Shown here piece after piece: positions 19,376 through 29,623 of a stretch of 64,000 bases of DNA. Position numbers and translations under genes: made by a program. Numbering within the stretch: position 1 is the first letter of the stretch; every line of letters starts with the position of its first letter. This DNA comes from Candidatus Woesearchaeota archaeon (lineage in GTDB: Archaea; Nanobdellota; Nanobdellia; Woesearchaeales; JACPBO01): assembly GCA_030651135.1 (NCBI GenBank), contig JAUSCS010000006.1, positions 650,160 through 714,159 of the forward strand. The letters are read 5' to 3'. The notes under the pieces are model-generated. The model made no database searches and was not told the DNA's origin. It saw only the letters and a program-made list of their open reading frames with translations.

Positions 19376-19420
19376 ATGTGTGGAACATGCGGCTGCGGCG
19401 GAAAGAAAGGGAAGAAGTAA
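19376..19420 (+). CDS. SD-led micro-ORF MCGTCGCGGKKGKK (14 aa)
   Basis: GGAGGT sits 7 nt upstream of the ATG. Composition related to the MGKGKKGCC micro-ORFs at 37231 and 42353. Confidence 0.3.
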   Translation: MCGTCGCGGKKGKK

Positions 19421-19592
19421 GTGTTTTTATTGTTACTTAAAAGTAGTTAAAAATAGAAAGATTTAAATACTAGTTCTGCTTAGTGCATTACAGGCAAATA
19501 TTGCTTTATCACGATGAAAACAAATAAAGCCGCCTGAGGGTTAGTTCTTAAAGCACCCCCGTGTTTGCCCTTAGGCGCTTTTATAATCAAAA

Positions 19593-19958
19593 ATGGCAAA
19601 AATACTTATTGTTGAGAATGATGCTGATCTGACTTTCATGTACGTAACAAGATTTGGGAGTATGGGCCATGATGTTCTTGCTGCATCAACTATTGATGAC
19701 GGGATTAAAATGTATGATGAACAAAATCCTGATTTGATTATCTCAGATTACAGGTTCAATGAGAAGACGGGCAAGGATTTATTTAACTATGTGAGAGAGG
19801 GAGATAAAAAAAATGGGAGGCACACGCCTTTTATTCTGGTATCTGGCAAAGAAAGGGAATTCAAACCAGATAAATTCTTGATGAAGCCTTTTGACGGCAA
19901 GGATCTGTGTAATGTTGTCGACACGCTTCTAAAAAATAAACATCTTTCTCAAAAATAA
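19593..19958 (+). CDS. stand-alone response-regulator receiver (CheY-like REC) domain protein
   Basis: ILIVENDADL...DLIISDYRF...K; REC acidic pocket and conserved Lys. Confidence 0.7.
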   Translation: MAKILIVENDADLTFMYVTRFGSMGHDVLAASTIDDGIKMYDEQNPDLIISDYRFNEKTGKDLFNYVREGDKKNGRHTPFILVSGKEREFKPDKFLMKPFDGKDLCNVVDTLLKNKHLSQK

Positions 19959-19993
19959 AAGGATTTATAAATTCTTTTCATTCTCTGTTAAAA

Positions 19994-20695
19994 ATGCAGC
20001 TCGATTATTTGGTGAAGCCATCTAAATCAAACGACAGAAGCTTTGTTCTGTCTAATTCCAGCAAAAAAGACATAAGGGAAAGGATCAGGAAGTCGAGCTA
20101 TGTTGTTTCAGACCTTGATTACACACTCATAGATTCCCCGACACTCGGCCTTGTTGTGCGCAGGTTTTTTGAAGGCGGCTTCCTGGATATAAGGCAGGAT
20201 ATCTGGGCCGTTAAAGCAGTCTTTCAGTATCTTCTGCACGGAAAAAATGCAGCTCCCCCGATGTGGAGCGAATATCGCGATAAATTCAAATGCGAGTTCA
20301 GGCATTACATTGAGTCCCACAAGCCAGCTCTTTCTTTCTATCCCGGAGTTCAGGAATTTTTCAGATCATTGCCAGAAACAACTGAAAAGATGATGGTCAC
20401 AAGAACATTTCACGAAATAGCAAAGCCTTTTGCAGACTGCCTTGGCTTTGGCGAATGCCATTCTTTTGAAGATGACAAGGTGCTGCCTTTTTTAGAAGGA
20501 ATAATCCACAGCAGCTATGATGTGCTCATAGGCGATTCAAAAGAAGATGAAAACATTGTAACTGCATTAAAAAAGAGGAGCACCCATCCTTTAACAATCT
20601 ATGTTGCAAGCTCGCCAAATAGAATAAATGAGAATTTTGAGATAAACATCGGAAGGGATTACAGGGGATTGAACAAAATAATAAATTCTGATTAA
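19994..20695 (+). CDS. hypothetical protein, possible HAD-like fold
   Basis: SDLDYTLID is DxDxT-like. Confidence 0.35.
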   Translation: MQLDYLVKPSKSNDRSFVLSNSSKKDIRERIRKSSYVVSDLDYTLIDSPTLGLVVRRFFEGGFLDIRQDIWAVKAVFQYLLHGKNAAPPMWSEYRDKFKCEFRHYIESHKPALSFYPGVQEFFRSLPETTEKMMVTRTFHEIAKPFADCLGFGECHSFEDDKVLPFLEGIIHSSYDVLIGDSKEDENIVTALKKRSTHPLTIYVASSPNRINENFEINIGRDYRGLNKIINSD

Positions 20696-20738
20696 TAACC
20701 TTTAAATATGCCTTAAACATAAGCCGGCTTAGGTTAAC

Positions 20739-21275
20739 ATGGATCTGGAAAAATACAGCGAACTGAAAAAAGCCTATGACGCGTATGGAAACTCTCTCTT
20801 AAAGCATGGCAAGCTTCTTTACAAGGACACGGAAAAAGGGATCTGGGGCATCACACCTTGCGAAGATATATTCAATCTTTTCATTAAGATCAACTTAGAA
20901 AAATACAAAACATTCCTTGATATCGGAAGCGGCGATGGAAGGGCAGTTTTAACAGCAGCATTGTTCGGCATTAATACAGTTGGCATTGAAATTGATGACG
21001 AGCTGATAAAGGTTTCAAATGAAATAAAAAATAAATTAAAAATAAAAAATGCCGTATTCTTAAAAAAGGATTTCTTTGGCGAGGATTTCTCAAAATATGA
21101 TGTTCTATTCATTAATCCGGACAAAGGATTTCATCTCGGGCTGGAGGATAAACTGATAAAAGAGTTAAAAGGAAGATTATTTGTTTATAATCGAATATTC
21201 GTGCCAAGGTTTTTAAAAAAGACAAGAATGATATGGGTTGGGCAGATGCCCATAATAGAATACACAAAATGCTAA
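20739..21275 (+). CDS. class I SAM-dependent methyltransferase
   Basis: Motif I FLDIGSGDGRAVL. Confidence 0.55.
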   Translation: MDLEKYSELKKAYDAYGNSLLKHGKLLYKDTEKGIWGITPCEDIFNLFIKINLEKYKTFLDIGSGDGRAVLTAALFGINTVGIEIDDELIKVSNEIKNKLKIKNAVFLKKDFFGEDFSKYDVLFINPDKGFHLGLEDKLIKELKGRLFVYNRIFVPRFLKKTRMIWVGQMPIIEYTKC

Positions 21276-21892
21276 AAATAAAAGCAGTAATATTTGACTT
21301 TGACGGCGTTGTAATAGACTCTCGCGCAAGGGCATTTGAGGTATGGGAATTTGCATTCAAGAAATTCAAGAAAAAGGACGTAAAATTAGACAGAGATTTC
21401 TTTGAAGCAGATTATAAGGATCTGGCAAAGAAGATCAACATATCAAAAAATAATTTAAAGGAAGTGGAAAAATTATTTTTTCATTCCAAAACCCCGGTTT
21501 ATCTTTTCAAAGGCATTAAAAGAATTCTTAACACATTGTCAAAGAAGTATAAGCTGGCATTGGTCTCCAACAATCCTCCAAATAGATTGAAGCAATATGG
21601 CATATTTAATTATTTTAAAGCGGTTATTGGAATAAGAAGCGGCATCAGGCTAAAGCCTCACCCGGACATGATTCATTTGGCTTTAAAAAAATTAGGAGCA
21701 AGGCCTGAAGAAGCGATGTTTATTGGCGACATGGAAGGCGACATTCTTGCCGGCAAAGCTGCAGGTGTATTCGTCATAGGCGCATCATACGGATTCCATA
21801 CGCATGTCAGGCTGAAGGGCGCAGATGTGATTATTGATTCGCAAAATGATATAATTCCCACAATAAGAAAAATAGAAAAAGGGCTGCTTTAA
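21269..21892 (+). CDS. HAD-IA family hydrolase (phosphatase / beta-phosphoglucomutase-like)
   Basis: Likely start MLKIKAVIFDFDGVVIDS at 21269 (overlap ATGCTAA). Motifs IFDFDGV, ...SNN... and GDMEGDI. Confidence 0.65.
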   Translation: MLKIKAVIFDFDGVVIDSRARAFEVWEFAFKKFKKKDVKLDRDFFEADYKDLAKKINISKNNLKEVEKLFFHSKTPVYLFKGIKRILNTLSKKYKLALVSNNPPNRLKQYGIFNYFKAVIGIRSGIRLKPHPDMIHLALKKLGARPEEAMFIGDMEGDILAGKAAGVFVIGASYGFHTHVRLKGADVIIDSQNDIIPTIRKIEKGLL

Positions 21893-21942
21893 TTGTAGAA
21901 AAGAGCTAAAAAATGCAAAGCGCATTAAAAAAATTTCTTTGG

Positions 21943-22410
21943 CTAGGATTTGTAAAGTGCGCGATATGATTTAAAAGCCTTCAATGCTATATTTCTGACA
22001 TCAGCAGGAATGTGCTCTTGATTTAACTCTTCAACAGAAAACCACGCAGAATTTTTAAGTTCAGACTTGTTAACTATCATTTTTTCTGGATTTTTAGTTT
22101 TGCATAAATAAAAGAAACAGCAATGGTCGTGATCTCCTACTCTGTGAACATTTGCATAAAAAGGAACAGCCAACTGCTTTACAATGTTGCCTCCCATTGG
22201 AATGTCATTTCTGTTCAGGATTTCCACATCCAAACCCAGTTCTTCTTTGAACTCCCTTTTCACAGCATCATCCGGAGTTTCATCTTTTTCAATATGGCCG
22301 CCCGGCGGAAGCCACAAATCCAGTTTTTTGTGGTGAATTAAAAGAACTTTGTTATTGTAAAACAAAAAAGCGCCAATTACCAAATCTGTTTTCATGATTG
22401 CATAATACAT
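21943..22410 (-). CDS. NUDIX hydrolase
   Basis: Nudix box GGHIEKDETPDDAVKREFKEELGL. Confidence 0.75.
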   Translation of the reverse strand: MYYAIMKTDLVIGAFLFYNNKVLLIHHKKLDLWLPPGGHIEKDETPDDAVKREFKEELGLDVEILNRNDIPMGGNIVKQLAVPFYANVHRVGDHDHCCFFYLCKTKNPEKMIVNKSELKNSAWFSVEELNQEHIPADVRNIALKAFKSYRALYKS

Positions 22411-22531
22411 TAATGCATTTATAAATTTATTTAAAATATGGCTGATAAATTTTAACCATTATAAAATGAATAATAAACTTAATAAACTACGTTAAAATAA
22501 AGTTACCATCCTAGAATAGAAAGGGTGGCTT

Positions 22532-23341
22532 ATGAAGTTTGATATAAAAAAGAGGTCGAATCCGAACAAGGCAAAGTATTCTAAAGAAGAGTATGAGATA
22601 TCAGCGGAATTTGCCAAAAGAACATACAAGGAGTTTGGATCTTTTGTAAAAGCCATCATCCTTTTCGGCAGCTCTGCAAGAAAGGAAGGCGAAGCCAAGG
22701 CTGATGTTGATGTTCTGATGATTGTTGATGATGTGAATGTGGTAATATCGCCGGAGCTGACAGACACATATAGAATAATAACAGAGAAGATCGTTTCAGA
22801 TGTCTCCACAAAGCTGCACATAACAACATTAAGGTTTACAAGCTTCTGGGAATATATAAGGGCAGGCGACCCAATTGGCATAAACATCTTAAGAGACGGA
22901 GTTTCATTGATAGACACTGGCTTTTTTGATCCAATGCAGATAATGCTCTACCAGGGCAGAATTAGGCCCAGCTTGGAATCAATATGGGTTTATTACTCAA
23001 GAGCACCTCAAACACTGTACAACTCAAAATGGCACATAATGCAGGCAACTCTTGACCTGTACTGGGCAGTCATTGATTCAAGCCATTCTGCGTTGATGTC
23101 TATCGGAGAGATTCCTCCTTCTCCAGGGCATGTTTCAGATCTTCTTGATGAAAAGATGGCCAAAAAGGGGTTGCTTAACAAGAAATATGTTTTCATAATG
23201 AAGAATTTCTATGAATTGGCAAAGAGAATAATGCACCGCGAGATAAAGGAGATTAAGGGAGAGCAGTACGACCGCTACTTCAAGGATGCGCAGGAATATG
23301 TTGAAGTGATGAAGAAGTTCATAGAGAGAAGGGAAAGATAA
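22532..23341 (+). CDS. nucleotidyltransferase-domain protein (Pol-beta superfamily) with alpha-helical C-terminal domain
   Basis: LFGSSARKEGEAKADVDVLMIVDD (GS...D.D). Confidence 0.5.
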   Translation: MKFDIKKRSNPNKAKYSKEEYEISAEFAKRTYKEFGSFVKAIILFGSSARKEGEAKADVDVLMIVDDVNVVISPELTDTYRIITEKIVSDVSTKLHITTLRFTSFWEYIRAGDPIGINILRDGVSLIDTGFFDPMQIMLYQGRIRPSLESIWVYYSRAPQTLYNSKWHIMQATLDLYWAVIDSSHSALMSIGEIPPSPGHVSDLLDEKMAKKGLLNKKYVFIMKNFYELAKRIMHREIKEIKGEQYDRYFKDAQEYVEVMKKFIERRER

Positions 23342-23342
23342 T

Positions 23343-23768
23343 CTATTTGATCTTATCGATGAAATCTTCAATTTTTTCTATGCCCAAAACATTAAGAGGG
23401 TTAATTTCAAGTAGATGGCTGAATCTTGGTTGATATTCCTTTAATCTTTCTTCAATATTCAAAAATTTTAGGGCACAATTATAAATTTCTCTTGCCTGCT
23501 GCATGCTTCTTTGCACAGCTTGCTGCGGAAGGTCGCTTTTCATGCAGTCTACGTCATCTATTCCTATACGGGTTGTTATCTCAGGAGTTGATATAAGAAT
23601 GCTTTCAACACTGCCTTCATCTAAATTTATGATTATTCCAGATCTCTTTTCTGCAGCATAAAGATGCAAGGTCTCCATCCCAGTCCCACTTATGCTATAT
23701 TCCATGAAATTAGTAGATATATCTCCTGCTTTTATTTTAAATCCTCTCTGAGCTATTGGTTTTGGCAT
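23343..23768 (-). CDS. hypothetical protein
   Basis: 141-aa ORF, no motif. Confidence 0.3.
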   Translation of the reverse strand: MPKPIAQRGFKIKAGDISTNFMEYSISGTGMETLHLYAAEKRSGIIINLDEGSVESILISTPEITTRIGIDDVDCMKSDLPQQAVQRSMQQAREIYNCALKFLNIEERLKEYQPRFSHLLEINPLNVLGIEKIEDFIDKIK

Positions 23769-23825
23769 GGTGTTTTCTTTATTTTACATATTTAAGAAAA
23801 TTAAAAAAATAAAAATTTTAAAAAT

Positions 23826-26456
23826 CTATTTCTTCATCAGATAAACCATCAGCACAATGATCAGCAAAGCAACTATCACTATCGCGCCGATCAGGATTAT
23901 TATGAATGCTGCCGATTCTGTGAATGGCTTCTCGATTATTTCATCATCTTCGTCGCCGGAAGTTGTTGTGGTTGTTGTTGCGCCTGCTCCAGACAATTTT
24001 GTGGTTGTTATCAGTGCCTGTCCGCTTGTTATGGTGTGTAGTGTTACAGCTACATCGCTTGTTCCATCGCCATTTAGGTCAACATTTCTTGTTTCGCCGA
24101 CATTCATCGACAACACCACAGGTGTAGATGATATTGTTATTGTCGCACTAGTTGTTCCAACGCTGTTTATCGTTATTGTATGGGCTTCGTTAAGCAGGCT
24201 GAAGGCTATAACATCATTTGCTTTCACTGTAAGCACTCTTCCGCTTGTTGCTGTGAAATCAATGCTGTAGCTTTGTCCGCCTGTTGTTGTGCCAGTTGCG
24301 CAATCTTTTACAACGATATTTACTATTCTCTCATCATCAAGCTCATCGCCGTCATAATAAGCATACATCTTTAGAGGATATGTTCCTGCGCTCAGATTTG
24401 TTGCATCAATGTCATAAGTATTGCTCCATACACTGTCGCTTTCTGACAGGTCATTTTCAAGCTCGAATTTCTCCCTTGAGCTTAAGCCAAGCTGAGTATT
24501 GACAATTGTAAATTCAGCTTCATCTTCTCGGCTGGAGCCGAAGTTATAAATATGCGGAGTTATTGTTGTTATTCTGCTGCATGAAAGAGTTGTATCTTCT
24601 ATTTCAAAATCATATATTCTCATATCATGGCTTTCCTTGTCAAGCTCGACATAAACAGTCCATTCTGCAGTATGCCTTGCGCCATATTCATCATCTCCTT
24701 CAGTATAAATCACAATAGAATAGCTTCCCTCTTCAAGTTCTATTGAAACATTTCCAAAATCAAATGTTTTTGTGCCGCTTTTCTTGTTCGCTTTCAAATC
24801 AAATGATCCTGTTTCTTTTTCGACATCTTCATCATCTTCTTCTAGGCTCTCTGCTGTTATCATTATAAAGGCATCTTCTATTTTGATGTCCTCTGAACTT
24901 GTAAATGTATTCTTGACCTCGACCTCTACTTTTAATCTTGAGCCTGGTTCTAATTTATCGTCACCAGTTGCGCCATTTGAAACGCTGTCTTCTTTTCCAT
25001 CAACCAATAATCTTACGGCGTTTATTTCAAGTTTGCTTTCCGGGTTGAAGTACAATGAAGACGTTGTGTTTGCCTGGTCGCTTCTTACATATATTGTGCC
25101 GATTGAATGCGAGCCAGAATCCTCTGATAAAGGCAAAAATCCATTTACAGTCGCAGTTGTGCTTCCGCCAACAGCAAGGCTTGTGCTGTACCCTGAGAAT
25201 GTAACGTTATAGGCAGTAGATGTTGCGCTTGTTGAAACATTGATGCCTGTTACAGCATAATCCCCGTTATTGGTTATTGTGAATGATGTTGATGTTGTTG
25301 TATTTCTTGTTGTTCCTGCGAATGTCGCTGAGCTTGGCGCGCTTAATGAATAAACTGGATTTCTTACTGTTAATGTGAAAGCTGCTGTTGTATTTGTGCC
25401 TTCTGCTGATGTAACATTCATTGTTCCGGTATAAACGCCATTTGGCAAGCTTGATGTGACTCCTGTAATTGTGAATGCTATATTTGCAGTTTGAGCAGGC
25501 AATAAACTGGCTGTTGAACTAGGGCTTGCTGCAATATTTGATTTTGCAAGCATATATATGCCGTTATAAAGATCAGGCAGTCCAACAACTATGCTGCTTA
25601 TATTAAGATTGCCGCTATTTGTTATTGTAGTATTTGCAGCTGCGCTTGTTGATATGCCCCTGACCCATGTTGCAGTTGCTGCTGTTGTAGTTAATGCGCG
25701 GCTGGCTGCTAAAACAGAAACACTTAATGTTGCATTAGCTGATTTCTCTGCATTTCTGTAACCTGCGCTGATTTGACCGGAATAAGCGCCAACTGTCTGA
25801 TCCAGCGGAGCAGATACTGTTATGTTGATTATTTTGCTGCTTTGGTACGGGATTGCGAATGAGCTTGAGCTTAATGCTGCTGTTAAATTTACTCCGACTC
25901 CCGAAATTCCTCCCATTGATAATATTATATCATTGACATCTGTATTTCCGGTATTTGTAATATTGATTGATGTGAAATTTGTAGTTCCTGCTATCAGCTG
26001 CAGTGTTGCTGCTGGAACTGACAAGCTAGGCGACCCATTTACAGTTACGTTTATAGATAAAATAGCATAAGTTCCTGACATGTTGGTTGAGAAGTTCAAA
26101 GTTCCAAGATAAGACTCATTAAATGCATCGCTCGGAATAGTAAAGCTATATGAAATATTTGCAAGCTGCCCGCTTCCAATTGAAAAATTTGTAGACCTAT
26201 TATATGTTAGTGTTACATTTTCGCTGTTCCTTGGCCCGGACAATATTACTGATGCGGGCAGATTAATGCTTATGTTGTCTGTAGCATGTATGTTGGCAAG
26301 GTTTATTGTGCCTGTTACAGTATCTCCTGCATTTACAACAGTGTTGTTTAAAGAACTCGGATCAATAGTCATGCTTCCGACAGCGCTGACAAAATTAACC
26401 AAAACTAACAATAAAACTATAGGCAAAAAACTTTTATTCATTTTAGCTACCCCCAC
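23826..26456 (-). CDS. large surface (S-layer-like) glycoprotein with signal peptide, Thr/Ser/Asn-rich repeats and C-terminal TM anchor
   Basis: 876 aa. Signal peptide, dozens of N-x-S/T sequons, a C-terminal helix FIIILIGAIVIVALLIIVLMVYLMKK and an acidic stalk. Confidence 0.6.
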   Translation of the reverse strand: MGVAKMNKSFLPIVLLLVLVNFVSAVGSMTIDPSSLNNTVVNAGDTVTGTINLANIHATDNISINLPASVILSGPRNSENVTLTYNRSTNFSIGSGQLANISYSFTIPSDAFNESYLGTLNFSTNMSGTYAILSINVTVNGSPSLSVPAATLQLIAGTTNFTSINITNTGNTDVNDIILSMGGISGVGVNLTAALSSSSFAIPYQSSKIINITVSAPLDQTVGAYSGQISAGYRNAEKSANATLSVSVLAASRALTTTAATATWVRGISTSAAANTTITNSGNLNISSIVVGLPDLYNGIYMLAKSNIAASPSSTASLLPAQTANIAFTITGVTSSLPNGVYTGTMNVTSAEGTNTTAAFTLTVRNPVYSLSAPSSATFAGTTRNTTTSTSFTITNNGDYAVTGINVSTSATSTAYNVTFSGYSTSLAVGGSTTATVNGFLPLSEDSGSHSIGTIYVRSDQANTTSSLYFNPESKLEINAVRLLVDGKEDSVSNGATGDDKLEPGSRLKVEVEVKNTFTSSEDIKIEDAFIMITAESLEEDDEDVEKETGSFDLKANKKSGTKTFDFGNVSIELEEGSYSIVIYTEGDDEYGARHTAEWTVYVELDKESHDMRIYDFEIEDTTLSCSRITTITPHIYNFGSSREDEAEFTIVNTQLGLSSREKFELENDLSESDSVWSNTYDIDATNLSAGTYPLKMYAYYDGDELDDERIVNIVVKDCATGTTTGGQSYSIDFTATSGRVLTVKANDVIAFSLLNEAHTITINSVGTTSATITISSTPVVLSMNVGETRNVDLNGDGTSDVAVTLHTITSGQALITTTKLSGAGATTTTTTSGDEDDEIIEKPFTESAAFIIILIGAIVIVALLIIVLMVYLMKK

Positions 26457-26570
26457 ATATATTGTTGAATATCTATATCTATAAAGTATTAATTCGAGAA
26501 TAGTAACACTTCATATATAAAGATTATTGTTTTGTGAAATATATTTCGTAGAATATACTGATGAACGCTA

Positions 26571-27239
26571 TTATTCATCGAAATCTTCGTTTTGCTCCTC
26601 TGCTTCTTTAGTTTCTGCCGCCTCTTCAGGTTCTTCATCAAACTGCTCTGCTTCATATTCTTTAGCAGGCTCTTCCCCGGAACTTTCTTCAACTTGTTCA
26701 GTTTGCTCAGAAATTTCAGTTTCTTGAGGTTCAGCAATTTGCTCTGCTTCACTTTGTTCTTCTGTTTTCTCGGCCTCTGATTCTTCTGCCAATTCCTGCT
26801 CTTCAATTATTTCGCCGCTTTCTTCAAATAATTCCTTTAAAGTTTTTTCTTTTTCCTTGGAGATGTCAAAATCCTCGAAAGTAGAAAGCGTTTCCTGCTC
26901 TTCCTTGACAGGCTCAATATCTTCTATTGAAATTGGCTCTTCTGCTAGTTCATCAATCTCAGGGTCTTTTATTAACCTTATTTTCTCTTTTTCTTCAGCC
27001 GCTTTTTCCTTATCTTCAACCCATTTTATTTTGCTAATTTCATCCTTTACTGGCTCATTTATCCTCAACTCTGCTTTCGGCGCTTCTTCTCTTTTTTCTA
27101 ATCCGGATCCAAACAATATATTCTCTGCTATCTTTGCAGCTTCTTCCATATTTACAGCAAAGCCCGTATTCTTGATAGTCTTTGCTAATTCATTCACTTT
27201 ATGAACCTGATCCAGCGTGAGTCCCATAATAGCTACCAC
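26571..27239 (-). CDS. hypothetical highly acidic protein (Glu-rich low-complexity C-terminal half)
   Basis: 222 aa; the C-terminal half is more than 40% Glu/Asp. Confidence 0.4.
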   Translation of the reverse strand: MVAIMGLTLDQVHKVNELAKTIKNTGFAVNMEEAAKIAENILFGSGLEKREEAPKAELRINEPVKDEISKIKWVEDKEKAAEEKEKIRLIKDPEIDELAEEPISIEDIEPVKEEQETLSTFEDFDISKEKEKTLKELFEESGEIIEEQELAEESEAEKTEEQSEAEQIAEPQETEISEQTEQVEESSGEEPAKEYEAEQFDEEPEEAAETKEAEEQNEDFDE

Positions 27240-27376
27240 TATAGAGTTCTAGTATATAATTTTTGCGGTGGTTTAACAAATTTCTCTTGGGCATGCAACA
27301 TCATAAACCATAAACTTATCACTCTGCAGTCAATAAGATAAAAAGATTTAAATATTGGCCAATAATTGCGTAGTTT

Positions 27377-29050
27377 ATGTTTTGGACAAAAAGAAAGGTA
27401 AAAACAGCATTAAACGCAGATAAGGCAGCACTAGATGAAAAACCTGTTGTTGCTTTAAAAGAAAAACCAGCAGCTGTTTTGGAAGAAAAAATAGAGCAGG
27501 CAGAAAGCAAGCCATCCAAGGCATTCAATAAGATCAAGATAGTTGAAAGATTTTTAAGTGCAGATTACTCGGCGCAGAAAGTCTGGGAGTATCTTTCCAA
27601 GAATGGCGAACTTAAAGAAATAGGTGAAACAGTGAATTATGATGGCAAAATTTCTGGATCGCCGCAGATGAAACGCTCTGAAGATAATTCGCTGTTCCCA
27701 ATAATTGCTGCGTTTAAGACGATTCTGGAAAAATCAGAGTATATTGTAAACTTTAAAACTTCTCTTTATGATGGGGGGCTTGAAGTCAGTATAGAATGTG
27801 ATTTTGACAATGTAAATCATGTAAATAATTTATTGAGCCTGGCAAAAAAAGAGAAGCAGGAAATTGTGTCCATATCCAGAAAGTACGATGACATAGAGCC
27901 CATTAGAAAGCTTTATGACATTCTCTCTGAAAATAAGTCAATGAAAATTTTTGCTTCATCAATCAATTCAACTCCGAAGATGATCATAGATGAGGAATTT
28001 GGATTACTGCCTGTAGACGCAAAGGTACAGGCAACACTTGAAGGGAATAACTATGTTTTTAATTTTCACTCATATTACAACTCGCACGAAATCATTGTTG
28101 AATGCCCGCCAGACAAAACAGATTTTGTCAAAAAGTTATTTGACAGCATAGCCATAAGGGAAACTGAAGAAGGGGAAACAGAAGTAAGGAGCCTGGATTT
28201 TTATGTTTCTGTCAAGGAATATCATTGGGACATGGTGGGCGGCCTGAAAAATGTCAGGAAAGAGCTGAAGCAGTATATAGAATGGCCGCTTGAAAATCCT
28301 GAATTATTCAGGCAGCTTGATTCTTCGATGCCAAAAGGAGTTCTTCTAATAGGCCCGCCTGGAAATGGAAAAACAACTATTGCGAAAATACTCGCGAATG
28401 AAACTAAGTCTTCTTTCTATGCAGTCTCGGCAAAGGACATAAATTCCATGTGGGTTGGCGGCACTGAGAAAAACTGGGGAAGGCTGTTTAGGCAGGCGCG
28501 GGAGGATGTCAAAGGCGGCAAATGCGTAATAATGTTCATAGATGAGATTGATGGCCTTTATACCGACAGGGAGGAAATGGACAAATACTCTAGAATTTCT
28601 TTCGGCCAATTCTGCCAGGAGATGGAGGGGATTTCGGATTTGGAAAATGTGATTGTTGTAGGTGCGACGAACAGGCACGAGGATTTGGACCCCGCCTTGA
28701 CAAGAAGATTTCCAAAAAAGATATATATCGGCAACCCGGATTCTGCTGGAAGAAAAGAAGTCTTTGATATATATACAAAGAAAAAGCCGATAGCCGACGA
28801 TTTGGATATTGGATATTTAGTTCAGGCAACAGAAGGATTTTCCGGAGCTCGCTTAAAAGACCTGTGCGATAGCGCTGCTTTTAACGCAATTAACCGCTAC
28901 TCAACAACAAAAGGAATTGAAGTAAAAGACATAAAAGGCGAGCTGATAAAAGAGATAGTTGTCGAAAAGCAGGATTTTGATCTTGCGCTAAGCGCCGAAG
29001 AGCATAATGGCGAAGAATCCGAGTTGTCTGTTGCCACACCTTCAGAATAA
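27377..29050 (+). CDS. AAA+ ATPase (CDC48/Vps4-like single AAA module) with a unique roughly 290-aa N-terminal domain
   Basis: Walker A LLIGPPGNGKTT, Walker B IMFIDEIDGL, second region of homology. Confidence 0.75.
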   Translation: MFWTKRKVKTALNADKAALDEKPVVALKEKPAAVLEEKIEQAESKPSKAFNKIKIVERFLSADYSAQKVWEYLSKNGELKEIGETVNYDGKISGSPQMKRSEDNSLFPIIAAFKTILEKSEYIVNFKTSLYDGGLEVSIECDFDNVNHVNNLLSLAKKEKQEIVSISRKYDDIEPIRKLYDILSENKSMKIFASSINSTPKMIIDEEFGLLPVDAKVQATLEGNNYVFNFHSYYNSHEIIVECPPDKTDFVKKLFDSIAIRETEEGETEVRSLDFYVSVKEYHWDMVGGLKNVRKELKQYIEWPLENPELFRQLDSSMPKGVLLIGPPGNGKTTIAKILANETKSSFYAVSAKDINSMWVGGTEKNWGRLFRQAREDVKGGKCVIMFIDEIDGLYTDREEMDKYSRISFGQFCQEMEGISDLENVIVVGATNRHEDLDPALTRRFPKKIYIGNPDSAGRKEVFDIYTKKKPIADDLDIGYLVQATEGFSGARLKDLCDSAAFNAINRYSTTKGIEVKDIKGELIKEIVVEKQDFDLALSAEEHNGEESELSVATPSE

Positions 29051-29623
29051 TTTCTTTAAAATTTCATCCCAACTTCTTGCCAGCTCGATCCCATCATTGT
29101 GCTGGAACTGCTCTGCATACCTGTCATCGCAGCCGTTCTTTAATAATATTTTTCTCATATCAGATTTCACATCGATTAAATGCATTATGTCATCATCAAT
29201 CAAAGTTCCTATGTTATTTTCCCTGCAAACATCTTCCTTGGTTTTTTTAATGCCATCAGCGGGTCTTGTCGATATTATGCAAAAAAAATATTTCAGAACC
29301 CCGTACTGCAGCAGCGTTTCTTTTGCAGATTCCACTCTTGACGGCCGCCGCATTGTAACAATGTACGGCGCGTATTTTTTAGCAAGTTCTTTGATTGCTG
29401 ATACTGCGCCATCAACAGGCGGTGTTTTTAATGTCCATTTCCTTTCATACACAACAGCATCCATTCTTTTGTGCGCCTCTTTGCCAATTGTTTTAAGCAA
29501 AGTTGTTTCATCGGTGTTCCACGGATCTACATTTATGCCTAAATTTTTCCTGATCCATAAAGCCCGCATCTTATTTGTGTCAGGAATCGTTCCGTCATAA
29601 TCAATGCCTATTGCTTCCCTCAT
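29042..29623 (-). CDS. HAD-like 5'(3')-deoxyribonucleotidase-type protein
   Basis: GIDYDGTI (DxDGT). Confidence 0.4.
   Translation of the reverse strand: MREAIGIDYDGTIPDTNKMRALWIRKNLGINVDPWNTDETTLLKTIGKEAHKRMDAVVYERKWTLKTPPVDGAVSAIKELAKKYAPYIVTMRRPSRVESAKETLLQYGVLKYFFCIISTRPADGIKKTKEDVCRENNIGTLIDDDIMHLIDVKSDMRKILLKNGCDDRYAEQFQHNDGIELARSWDEILKKLF

Noticed and set aside
26489-26806. Lys-rich 105-aa and 62/66-aa ORFs antisense or alternate-frame to the acidic protein gene
   Set aside because: Mirror-image low-complexity products (K-rich vs E-rich) of the same repetitive DNA. The acidic-protein frame is longer and has a credible N-terminal domain.
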